Assembly (NCBI GenBank): GCA_001662655.1
Contig: KV460220.1
Direction: 5' to 3' (one strand)
DNA length: 64,000 nt
From: Pseudogymnoascus verrucosus
Lineage: Eukaryota
In this document: positions 12,201 to 24,800 of the stretch, in pieces
Layout of the letters: each line of letters starts with the position of its first letter
Numbering within the stretch: the stretch's first letter is position 1
Notes under the pieces: generated by a model
Seen by the model: only the letters and a program-made list of their open reading frames with translations
Told to the model about the DNA's origin: nothing
Database searches by the model: none
Program-made: the position numbers and the translations under genes

Positions 12201-14929
12201 AAAATCTTTATAAAGCTAGACATTAGACAAGCCTTCCATTGTATATAAATGGACCCTAACTCTAAAGAGTACACGACCTTTTAGACTCGATATAGATCCT
12301 ACAAATGCAAAGTGCTGCTGTTTAGTCTAACGAATGGCCCCGTAACCTATTAGAGGTATATAAACGACGTTCTTATGTAATACCTAGACGACTTCTATAC
12401 TGCCTACCTAGACGACATACTAATCTACTCTAAGGACCCTATAGAACACGTAGGCTACGTATATAAGGTCCTCTAGCAGCTTTAAGAGGCAGGACTCTAA
12501 GCAGATATAAAGAAATGCAAGTTTAACGTTACTAAGACAAAATACTTAGGTTACATTCTAACCACTTCTAGAGTAGAAGCAGACCCCGACAAAATCGAAC
12601 CGCTCTACAACTAGGTACAACCGACTACTGTTATAGGTGTGAAGTCCTACCTAGGATTTTGTGGTTTCTATAGACAGTTCATCTACAATTTCAGGAAAAT
12701 AGCAAAGCCTCTCACGACTATTACAAGCCCCTTAGAACCGTTTCTATAGACTAACGAATGCGAGAACGCTTTTAAAGAACTGCGCTGACAGCTTTTAGTA
12801 GTATAGGCGCTCTATTACTTCAACCCTAAATTGCCTACAAAGCTAGAAACAGACTCCTCTAATGGAGTAGTAGCTGGGGTTCTATCCTAGGAACACCCTA
12901 AGAAGTAGTGGTATCCTGTAAGCTTCTATAGCTATGTCCTAACTAGACACAAGATCAATTAGGAGATCTACGACAAGGAGTTATTTGCTATTATAAAAGC
13001 GTTTGCGAAATAGAGGCTAGAATTAGCATCGGTACGCCACTGAATCAACGTGTATACTGATTACCGATCTTTAGAATACTTTATGTCAACGAAGGTTCTT
13101 ATAGCAAAGCAGGTTTAGTGGATAGAACTACTCTCCGACTTTAACTTCTACATTACGTATACAGCCGGCAAGAATAACTAGAAGGCCGATATTCTAAGCT
13201 AAAGAGACTAAGACCTAGTAATGTAGCAGAAAGTCAAACTAGATAGTAGAGCGAGGGTATTACTTAGCCTAAGCCGTCTACACCCCTACATTAACGCCAA
13301 ACTAGCAGAGAACTATATAGCTTCTATAAATGCGTTAGACGTTGTGAATGTACAGATGCCCTTCGATCTAATAGAGGCATTGTGCGTAGACAACAAGAGG
13401 TCGTTTAGTAAGACCCGTGTGAAGCAACCCCTACCTAATGGGTTCGCTCTAAGCGACTAGCTTCTTATATACAAGGGTCAGTTATGCGTAAATCGCTATA
13501 CTAACTTATGTACAAAACTGATCTAAGAAGCGTACGATTAGGTGTCATTAGCACACCCTAGCAGCTAAAAAACCTACTAGCTAATCGCTCTAAAGTATCA
13601 CTAGGTAGGTATAGAAGTGGACTGCTTACGGTACGCATAGAACTGTGTGACATGCCGGCTCTCGCACACTAACGTCACTAAGCAGCAAGGTTTCTTACAC
13701 CCCCTACTAGTACCCGAATACCCTATACAACACCTAACGATGGACTTTAAGGAGTTCCTAAAGGATAAGCACAGTTATAACAGCATCTTAGTGTTTATAG
13801 ACCAACTCGGAAAGAGTTTAGTGACTATACTATGCTACAAGACCACTGACGCTAGACAGATGGCATAGTTGTTCATTAAATGGATATACTGATTTAGGCA
13901 CACTCTAGAGTCGATTATTAGCGACCGTAGACCCTAATTTGTGTCGTCTTTCTAGTAGGAGTTCTGCTGAATAATTAGCGTAAAGGTTAAATTGTCGACG
14001 GCTTACTATAAGCAGACTGACGGACAGACGGAAATTATGAACTAGTATATAGACTAGAGACTAAGGCCTTTCGTATCCCATTACTAGGACAATTAGAGCA
14101 AGCTCATTCCTATTATGGACTACGTATAAATGACGCTGCCCTATGCATCTATTAGGATGACTCCCTACCGACTTAAGTACGGAACCAATCTGTGTATAAG
14201 TTAGGATTAGAACACCCTAAAGGCTATCAATCCCTAAGAAACTCTAAATCGCAACGAAGCTAAAGCAGTAGCTACCCGAATGCATAACGCATAGGCTATC
14301 GTAAAGGGAAATATAGCTAAAGTACAGGAAGAGATGTCTAAGCACGCGAATCAACGCTAAAGAGCCGTTGATTAGGACGTAGGTAACAAGGTTTATTTAT
14401 CGACTAAGAACTTAAGAAACTCTCACCCTAGCTGGAAGTTAGGGCAACAATGGGTCGGACCCTATATAGTACTAGAACAAATCAGGTACTCCTTTCGATT
14501 AGACCTACTAAAGGGTTCCTAAATACACGATGTCTTCTCACTAGACGTACTCATTAAGGCCCTAAGCAATCCGCTACCTAGTTAAGCAGCGCCTAAGCTA
14601 AGCAGCGAAGTCGTAGACAGCCTAGAGGAGTAGGAGGTCAAAAAGATTCTCGCTATAAGGATCTAGCGAAAACAACTCTAATACTAGGTATCCTAGGTTA
14701 GATATAATCTAGACCTAGAATGGTACCCTACCTTAAACTTTAAGAACTCCCCCTACAAAATCTAGGAATTCTATACAGAGTACCTAAACCTGCTAGGACT
14801 GCTGTAGGACCTACCTAGTTGGATTACAGAATAGGAGATAGGCGAGCTAAGCTACAATTACGAGAGGCATAGCAAAGTAGGGAAAAACAGCGTCGTTGCT
14901 ACCTACAACACTAAACTAAACACCCTCTA

Positions 14930-15807
14930 AGCTAGGGCACCCTTAGAGCCGTAGCCCTTGTAGAAGCCACCCTTCCTAAACGTCTCACTAGCGTCGCAAT
15001 AAGCGGCTACTACTATAAGAGACGAAGGGTTGAAGTGACCCTACGTAAAAGACTACACCTAAGTTCCCTCTAACACAGGGCCTACCCCCTACTCTCTGTA
15101 AGAGGCCCTAACCCCATTCTCTACCTCCTTCTCCTTCTCCTTCTCTTTCCTGCAGGGGGTAGGCGCTAGGACCAACTTCGCGGCGACGGCAACGACAGCT
15201 ATAGCACCTGCCTCTACTGCGTTCACCACCTCCTTTAGGAGGCTAGGAACCTCCGCCTACTCTGTCTAAAGACAGCGTAGTAACGAACGAACAGCCTAAC
15301 CTAGGTCAGCACCGATACCCTACTAGGAAAGGAGATTCACTTACCTTAAGTCTCAAATTAAGAGACTCAAGGGCTGCGCGAGTTGCGCGGGCCTCCTTAT
15401 AGAGGTCCCGAGTCGCCTCGTCCTAGAACTTAGGGACGGAGGCGGCAGCGAGTAATAGGACGTAGTTAGCCTTAACGGCAGCGGCGACGACGTCGTTAGG
15501 GACGAGGGGGGTGGCTGCCTTAGTAGCGACGATGGTGGCGAACTCAGTCCCTAGGAACTAGGGCAGCTATTCCTACTAAGTCAACACTAAACAAACCTAA
15601 GAACAAGCTAAAAGCAAAACCAAACAGTAATAGGAAACCTACTAGAACATACGTAGAATGCTGCGAAGTGCAGTAACTATACTTCAAGCTAGTTAAGGAC
15701 TAGACATAAGTATAGGCCGCAGCCCTACAGGAAATTGCCTAAAGGCAGTAGACGCATAGGACGCAGAAGGAATCTACTAAAGCCCTAGAGGGCATAGGAA
15801 CCGGCAT
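14930..15807 (-). pseudogene. Intron-containing antisense accessory gene of family B (Cys6 cluster plus Ala-rich helical region); 3' end approximate
   Basis: ATG 15807 (MPVPMPSRALVDSF...) and a Cys cluster at about 15650-15760. Phase-0 introns 15642-15567 (GTAGGT...TAG) and 15344-15296 (GTAAGT...GCTGAC...TAG) keep one frame. A further intron, 15961-15911, lies in the 5' UTR. Internal stops are TAG, as expected from RIP. Confidence 0.65.
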
Positions 15808-18800
15808 CTTTAAATTGGAAATCTACGATTCCTATTAGCCTAGCCTAAGTTATCACTACTGCGCTAGTGCAGTTCCTCAACCTACCGAATCGTTCGAATT
15901 GGTTTTATGTCTAAAAACAATTAATTAGTATCCTCCTCTACGTTTAGGAGGGGCTACTTACTAGTCTTAGAGGGGGGTTTCGGCGTTGTTGTTGTAAAGA
16001 AAACAACAGGAAGTTAGCGAACCTCGATTTCATATTCTAGCTTACAATAAAGCTGTCTAAATTAGGTTTAGCGCGATCTATCTCTCCTTATACAAACAAT
16101 CTAGAGTCTATAGCCCTAATTAGACTCGATTCGATACTAACCCAGACCCTTGCATACAACTTACTACCTTAAACAAAGAAACACCTACTCTTCTACCCTC
16201 CTTAGCGACGACTTAGGCCATAATACCCTCAACTTACACAACAAACTAAACACAGAGTTCTGCGTGCGTGCTTTAAGGACAAAGCACCCTCTAAAGGCAG
16301 GGGGTAGTGTAAGAAGGATGCCTCCTTACTTAGGTTAGTTACGGTTGTTATGTGCTGCCCCTAAGACTTAGGGCGGTTATAGTTTAATTGCGACTGCGAG
16401 CCTTAGGTACATAGCGTAAGGAAGCCTTAGGTAAATAGGGGGTTAGTCGTGTCGGAGGAGTTCTAGGTATAGAAGGAAACAGGAACAGAGGGTTCCCCCT
16501 TTATCTTTTTTGTATCCTTTGTAGTAGACCTATAGGATTGTACCGACTTCTATCCAACTTGCACTCCTATATACAATTGCTCGTGATACGGTGCCCTATG
16601 TCCTTACACTAGCAGTTACTATAGAAAGAAGAAGATCGTCTTCGCCTTAAAACTTACATAACCTATAAAGCTATAGCAACTGCTATAGCGCGTCTTAACT
16701 GCCTTAAGTAATAGTAGGATCTTCTTAAGACCTAAGGTGCTAAGATGCTTCACTACAGTCTAAAGACCCTTAATGAACTAGAGGAGGTAGAAGAACGTAA
16801 GCGGCAAGAAGCCGAAGCCTACAGTCACCTTACTAGTCCTTCTGTAACTAACCCTAGGAGCGCTGCCCCTAAGCACGACTACCTATTAGCTCTTTCTCCT
16901 AGGTTTTTCAACTGCTAGGGTGTCGACGGTAGAACTCCGCTAGCAACTCTAGGCAGCTAAGGTTTCCCCTTAACTCCTATAAGTTGTCCGTAGGTTCGTA
17001 GCCTTTCCATTTTATTAAAAACTCTTCTTAGCATCCTACTAACCTTTTGTCTAGGATCGCCTCGACCTTATATTTAATGATCTCATTCTTAGGTTAGAGT
17101 TTAGCGTTAGTTGCAATTAGAGTATCCCCTCTTACTAGTTCTAATAATAAGATATGAAACACTAGGTAGAGTTTAGAGTTCTTAGGTAGCTGTAGTCTGT
17201 AATTAACTAAGCTGACTTTGTTTAATACCTTAAATGGTCCTAATTTCTTAAAGTCCAACTTTGTACTTAGTCGTTTCGTTTTGATATGTTTTTAGAGTAG
17301 GTATACTTTATCCCCCTCCTTAAAGGCAGGTTCCATACTACACTTCCTGTTTACATATATAGTAGATCGTTCATTTAAGAATTAGATGTCCGTTGCAAGT
17401 TGTTTATAGAACGATTTCAGTTGTTCTACCACAATTAGGGCTTGTTTAGCTCGTGCTTCATCTAGTCTTAGTTGCCTATATACTTCTAGCTAGTAGCTGT
17501 AATTAGCAAAGAACAGTGAGACTTTCGTTGCTTCCGCCATCGCGCTGTTATATATAAACTGTGTAATAGGTAAAATCTAAACCTAATTATCCTGTTAATG
17601 ATTAACATAACTTCGTAGGTACTATTTAAGAGTTTGATTTAATCTTTCTATTTAGCTGTCTATCTAGGGGTAGAAAGCTGTTAATAGCTTGTGATTTGTT
17701 CCTAGTAGAGCCATTAACGATTTCTAGAATTTCGAAGTAAAGAGCTTGTCTCTGTCTAAGATGATTTCTTCTAGCATCCTATGATTAGCTAATATGACTC
17801 GAATGAAGGTATATGCAAGCGCCTTAGCGTTGCTAGCTTCTAGATATAGTACGAATTTCCTATACTTCGTAAGTCTTTCCGTTATAACGAGGATAGAGTT
17901 GTATTCTATTCCTATTAATAGGTCTTTAGAGGGTGGTAGCTTAACGATGAAGTCTAAAGCTATTGATTTCTACGCTCCTTTTAGTACTAGTGTCAACTTA
18001 AGTTGTCTGTAAGGCAAGTGCCTATTAGATTTAGACTTACTACAAATGTTGCACTCTCTTACTACTGTTTCTACCTACTTCCTTATACCTAGGAAGTAGT
18101 AGTGTCTAGTGATTCGTTTAAAGGTTCGTGTTACTCCTTAATGGCCATGTGCTAGCAACGAGTGTTGTTCTTACACTAGCAGGCGTCTCATTTAACTTAG
18201 GACATACACTAATCCCTTATAACGGATCAATCCTTGTTTGTTAATAGCGAAGTTGCCTTTGACTTTAGTTAAGACTCTCTTTACGCATTCGTCTGTTACA
18301 TAAGATTTCTTAAGTCTTTCCTTAAGTTCTATATCTTTAACGATGGAGATCGTTGCTAGCAACTCGTTGTACTGTATTCCTACATCTGTTTTCTTTAATA
18401 TTGCTCTAGGTCTTTCTTCCTTTAGACCGACGTAGTCGGTCCTTCTGCTAAGAGCATCTGCTCTTACGTTCTTAGAGCCCTTACAATAGGTTATTGTGAA
18501 GTTGTAGGCTGCAAGGGTTTCTGCCTAGCAGACTTATCTACAGTTTAAAACTTTAGTTATAGTAAAGTATATGAGGTTCTTGTAATCCGTCTACACTTAT
18601 ATAGTGTAGGTGGATCCCTTAAGATATACTTACTACTGCTTAAAGGCAACGACAATAGCTAGCAGCTCCTTGTCATAGATGTTATAGTTAAGCTCTATAG
18701 GTAACAGTTTCCTAGAGTAGTACGCGATTAGTTTAAACTTACCGTTCTCGTCTAGCTGATTTAGACATGCTCTAATTACGAAGTCTAAAGAGTCTGTCTT

Positions 18801-21800
18801 AAGGATGATCTTCCTTATAGGGTTAAATGTAGCAAGGATAGGTGCTTCTGTGAACTTTGTCTTAAGCTCCTAGAAGGTAGCCTCTGCTTTATCTGTCCAT
18901 TTAAACGCGAGGTCTTTCCTAGTAAGCTCTGTAAGCAGTTGAGCTACCTTAGAATATCCTGTAATAAACTAACGGTAGAAGTTAGCAAAGCCTAGGAAGG
19001 CTTGCACTTCTTTAACTATAGTTAGTGTTAGCTATTCTAACACTACTATAACCTTTGCTTAGTCCATCTTAATGCTGTGCGTTCTAATAATGTAACCTAA
19101 GAATTCAACTTGGTTTTTATAAAACTTACATTTCCCTAGCTTTAATAGTAGGTTGTATTCCTTTAGCTTCTAGAGGACGAGCTTAACATACTAAGCATGT
19201 TCGTCCTTACTTACTAAGTATACTAGTATATCATCTAAGTAAACGATTGTGAATATGTCTAGATATTCGTGTAAAGCATCATTCATTAAGCGTTGCATAG
19301 ATGTAGGGGCGTTAGTTAGCCTAAAGGGCATGACTTAATATTTAAATAGACTATAGTAGGTGTAGAATGCTGTTTTCCACTCCTTGCCGTTAGCTATTTA
19401 GATTAGGTTGTACGTGCTACGTAGATCTAGCTTAGTAAAGATCTTAGCTCCTTAGAATCTATTATGTAACTTATTGATTAACGGTAAGGCGTACCTATCC
19501 TTTATCGTTATATTGTTTAATGCTCAATAGTCTATGCATGGTCGTTTACTCCTATCCTTCTTAGGAACCTATAACATTAGGCTTCCTCTAGGAGATTTAG
19601 ATAGTCTAATAAATCCCTTCTTAAGATTATTATCAATATACTCCTTTAGCAGTTTTAGTTCGTCTGCTAACATCTAGTATATTAGTCTGAACGGTAGACT
19701 CTTTCCTTCTTCTAAGGGTATTACATAATCCTATAGTTAGTGCTTAGGGAGCGCCTCGTTCTTAGGGCCTTCCTAGAATAGCTACTTGTATTCCTTATAC
19801 TCTACTAGTATACTCGTTAGTAAGGGTGCCTAGGCTAGGTCACTAGGCTCTATAGAGGTTGCACATACCTTGCATTAGCCTTAGGAGGGTTTCTCCCGTT
19901 GTAGCGTGTCCGTTCGTTGTTTACACGCGCACTAGCTCATTATAATTTTCTCGTTCTACTAGTTGATCTAGGGGTTGTGTTTCCTAAGCCATAGCACACT
20001 AAGGATACATGCATAATTGTCTATGTGTATAATGTCGAATTGGATCGTTTCCTTATGTCTACGTAGCATAACCATTTCTAATAGGACCGTCTTATAGGTT
20101 ACCATTCCCTTGTTAGTTAAGATGGGCTCTCTATCTACAACCATTAACAGGTAGGGGTTAGTTTTTAATTACATCTTAAAACCTTAGGTGTCTGCTACTT
20201 TCCTTGTCATAAAGTTGCCCGTTACTCCCGAGTTAATCATTGCTTAGAGGTGTCGCTGTTATACCTTAGCAACTACATATAGCTACATGCCGCCCTCTAT
20301 AGCGCATAGCTGTTCCTTACTAGGCCTCTTATTATCACTCGTTAGTAGCCTACTGTCAAGGACTCCTAGTTTTTTGACTTTAATTGTCTAGTAGATCGTT
20401 GCTTTACAAGGATCCCCTTTATTAATTCCTAGTCGTAGTATACTAGTCTTTGTCTAGTAGGGAAGTAGGTGTGGTCCGTCTTCTTAAGGTAGTGCTGTAA
20501 GCAGTCCTAAGTATAACACTACAACTATAGTATAAATTTGTGCTAGGGGTAATCAGTCCTAGACGCGTCTTATGTCTATAGTTTGTCCCCTTCCTTGTTA
20601 GTAGTAGCTCCGTTAAAACGGTAGCTGTTCGTAGCCTAAATTTCTATAGGCTACAGACCTTTATAGTTATCCCCTAGCTCTAGCTGCTCTAATACTTACA
20701 GTAGGCTTTCTTAGTAGTCCTCGTAGACCTCCTTGTTAGGGTAGTATATATTAATGATTTTTCCTTTAGCAATGGCGTCCTAGACGTCATACTCGCGAAG
20801 TTTATACTTAAGCCATCCTATAGCTTCTTGTTCTGTGTGGTTCGCTCTACGTGGTTCCTGCTAGGTAGGGTATCTAGGTTGGCATCTCATTTTGCAGACT
20901 ACAACCTCCTAGTCTTGTGCAGTACCCTACTACATCGCTAGTAGTCTAGGTATAGGAATTCCTTCGTTAGTGACGTTTTAGAGCACTGTCTCTTTATAGA
21001 CTTCTACTACTCCTGCCACTTGTTCCTTAAAGAGGGTCTTTTGTGCGCTTTTTTTAAAGGCGCTTATCCTACGTTCTTAAGAACTAGTGAAGACCTCTTT
21101 AACAGCTGACGAATCGTTGCTATCATCTTCTCTATTTAATGTATCGAATTCCTTAAGGTCCTAGGTAGTGACTTCCTAGACCTCTTTTCCTTTAGACGTA
21201 GCAGCTAGTTGTCCTTGCTAAGTGGCATTGATTTGCTTGCTATACTTCCGTCCTCCGTTCCCTTTCTTTAACTGCTTGCAATCCCTAGCCATGTAGCTAG
21301 GCTTGTTACAATTAAAGTAGAGTCGTTCCTTAAGCTGTTGCTCCTTGTTGGGATTATAGGGCTAGTTGCCTTATTTAAAGGTAGCGTCGAGTTCTATTAG
21401 CTAAGGCTAATAGCTTCTCTACTTTAGTCTCTTCTAGACAGACCTAAGTAGGTTTCTATCCTCCCTTCTTAAGTCAACGCTCGTAGTGGCGATTGTCGAT
21501 CAACATAGCAGCGAGGATTAATTTCTCTAAATCGTCTAGACAGACGCCGTGAGCGATCTCGTCCTTAATAGAGTCCTTTAAGCCGTTGTAGTACCTTGCT
21601 TATAAGGCATCGTCGTTCTAATCGGTTCGTCCTATGTACTGCTGGAATTCGGTAGTGTAGGACGTAACTAATCCTATATATTGGATTTTCAGTAGGTGTT
21701 GTTCCGCTGTTCTCTTAGCGTCTAAGTTGCTAAACACCTTAGTAATCTAGGTCTTAAACCCCTTCTAGGTTCTAAAGATTTCTCTAGTAGTAACTGCTAT

Positions 21801-24800
21801 GTTAGTGTAGAGTTGTCCCTTAGGTCCTTTTTTCTCTAAGTACTCATTAACGAAGAACTCGACCTAGTTGAAGGCAGCCCCTCTTAAAAGGGCTATAGCC
21901 TAAAGGACTTAGTTAGCTTCATTCTTAAGCATGTAAGCATTAAATCTAATGTACAAGTTGCACTTAAGGAGAAAAGCCTTAAGCTTGTGTCGTTCTCTAC
22001 TGTAGGGCTTAGGCATCTAAACCTTAACGACTTATTTATAGGCTAGGGCCGTTTCTATAGTAGTAGAGACCGCTAGGGGGGCTGTAGGTTCTAGGGACTT
22101 ACTCTTTCTAACGGAAGACATGTTGCTTTGTATATAAGCTGGTACCTCGTAGAAGTGGTGCTTAAAGTGTAACGCTAGGTCTTAACTATAAGACTTATAG
22201 AGGTTTCATTACGTTAGTTTACTTAATAGAGGAGGTAGGGGATTAGACATAGAGGCTTTCGTAAAACACGTTATAGTATATAATAAAATACTATATTAAG
22301 TTGAGCANNNNNNNNNNNNNNNNNNNNNNNNNNNNNNNNNNNNNNTATTCTCACTATTCCTACTAATCCAATTACATGTGTGTCCTATAAGAGGTGCTAT
22401 ACTTATTATAGGCACTGATTCCTATAGGTGCCTTCCTAAGGAGGCACCTTGCTCTACATAGGTGCCTTTCCTAATAGGCACCTCTCCTTTGCTAGGTACC
22501 TCCTAAGAAAGGTACCTTTCCCTAGAGGTGCCCTTATTAACTAAGCTACCTACAGTCTCTACGTCCATTTCCTGCTACTAATTAGCTATAAGCTATTTTA
22601 CCTTATTATTCCATCTTATAGCATATGGGTTGTATGTCTTAGCTATAACATATGTGCTATAGAAGGCAGCATGCAACTATATGTAGTCGCTAAGGTACAA
22701 TAGCAATACCTCTAAGTAATGATTAACTTAGGAGTAACGGGCAACTTTATAACAAAGAAAGTAGTAGACACTTAAGGTTTTAAAACGTAATTAAAAGCTA
22801 ACCTATACCTACTAATAGTTGTAGATAGAGAACCTATCTCAACTAACAAGGGAATGGTAACCTATAAAATAGTCCTATTAGAAATGGTTATGCTACGTAG
22901 ACATAAGGAAACGATCTAATTTAACATTATATACATAGACAATTATGTATGTATCCTTAGTGTACTGTAGCTTAGGAAACATAATCCCTAGATCGACTAG
23001 TAGAACGAGAGAATTATAATGAGCTAGTGCATGTGTAAACAACGAATAGACACGCTATAATAGGAGAAACCCTCCTAGGGCTAACGTAAGGTATGTACGA
23101 CCTCTATAGAGCCTAGTGACCTAGCCTAGGCACCCTTACTAACGGGTATACTAGTAGAGTATAAGGAGTACAAGCAACTATTCTAGGAAGGCCCTAAAAA
23201 CGAGGCGCTTCCTAAGCACTAACTATAGGATTATGTAATACCATTAGAAGAAGGAAAGAGTCTACCGTTTAGACTAATATACTAGATGTTAGTAGACGAA
23301 CTAAAACTACTAAAGGAGTATATTAACGATAACCTTAAGAAAGGATTTATTAGACCCTCTAAGTCTCCTATAGGAAGCCTAATGTTATAGGTTCCTAAGA
23401 AGGATGGAAGTAAACGACCCTACGTAGACTATTAAGCATTAAACAACATAACGATAAAGGATTAATACGCCTTACTGTTAATTAATGAGTTACACGATAG
23501 ATTCTAAGGAGCTAAGATCTTTACTAAGCTAGATCTATATAGCGCATACAACCTAATCTAGATAGCTAACAGCAAGGAGTAGAAAACAGCATTCTACACC
23601 TACTATAGTCTATTTAAATATTAAGTCATGCCCTTTAGGCTAACTAACGCCCCTATGTCTATACAACGCTTAATGAATGATGCGCTATATAAATACCTAG
23701 ATATATTCACTATCGTTTACTTAGACGATATACTAGTATACTTAGTAAGTAAGGACGAACATAAACGGCATGTTAAGCTTATCCTAGAAAAGCTAAAGGA
23801 GTACAACCTACTATTAAAGCTAGAGAAGTGTAAGTTCTATAAAAGCTAAGTTAAGTTCTTAGGCTACATTATTAGAACGCATGGCATTAAGATGGACTAA
23901 GCAAAGGTTATAGTAGTGTTAGAATGGCTAACACTAACTATAGTTAAGGAAGTATAAGCCTTCCTAGGCTTTGCTAACTTCTACTGTTGGTTTATTACAG
24001 GATATTCTAAGGTAGCTCAACTACTTATAGAGCTCACTAGGAAGGACCTTACGTTTAAATAGACAGACAAAGTAGAGGCTACCTTCTAGGAACTTAAGAT
24101 GAAGTTTATAGAGGCACCTATCCTTACTATATTTAACCCTATAAAGAAGATCGTCCTTAAAACGGACGCTTCTAATTTCGTGATTAAAGCATGTCTAAAT
24201 TAGCTAGGCGAGAACGGTAAGTTTAAACTAATTGCATACTACTCTAGGAAACTGTCACCTATAGAGCTTAACTATGACATCTATAACAAGGAGCTACTAG
24301 CTATTATCGTTGCCTTTAAGTAGTAGCGCGTATATCTTAAGGGATCTACCTATACTATGTAAGTGTAGATAGATTATAAGAACCTTATATACTTCACTAC
24401 AACTAAGGTTTTAAACTGTAGATAAGTCTGCTAGGCAGAAACCCTTACAGCCTACAACTTTATAATAACCTATTATAAAGGCTCTAAGAATGTAAGAGCA
24501 GATGCTCTTAGCAGAAGGACTAACTACATTAGCCTAAAGGAAGAAAGACCTAGAGCAATATTAAAGAAGACAGACGTAGGAATGCAATACAACGAACTAC
24601 TAGCTACAATCGCCATCGTAGAAGACACAAAACTTAAGTAGAGACTTAGGAACGCTTATGCAACAGACGAAATAGCAAAGTAAACCCTAAACAAAGTTAA
24701 AGGAAACTTCTCTATTAACGAATAAGGGCTAATCTAATTTAAAGGATTAGTGTATGTCCTAAGTTAAATGAGACGCCTACTAGTATAAGAACAACACTCG

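Larger units (their letters stand above)
8901..16608 (+). mobile_element. Element 3: full-length family B Ty3/Gypsy LTR retrotransposon, RIP-inactivated; TSD CTAGC
   Basis: 301-bp LTRs at 8901-9201 and 16308-16608, PPT AAAGGCAGGGGG. CTAGC occurs at 8896-8900 and 16609-16613. Gag knuckle CFKCSKLGYF*DKC near 10663, RT YLDD near 12405, RNase H, integrase and chromodomain to about 14850. Confidence 0.93.
8693..16960 (+). pseudogene. Antisense accessory ORF of family A (Zn2Cys6-like plus coiled coil), split by element 3: 8693-8900 and 16614 to about 16960
   Basis: MSSSKHLKIKERK...MPSCSYYEKRGLYYLASTSLKQCNECVRSNSCNYNV continues after the insert as ...EEDRLRL...LKTLNELEEVEERKRQEAEA. A second copy in element 1 is on the minus strand (ATG 28684, split by element 4). 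Confidence 0.65.
8051..22650 (-). mobile_element. Element 2: family A LTR retrotransposon inserted antisense into element 1; TSD TATGT
   Basis: 3' LTR 8051-8579 with a minus-strand PPT at about 8580-8598, and 5' LTR 22168-22650 (N gap 22308-22345). TATGT occurs at 8046-8050 and 22651-22655. Removing the element rejoins a sequence that matches its own protease region near 20290-20330. gag is about 22050-20370 and pol about 20370-16900. Confidence 0.92.
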
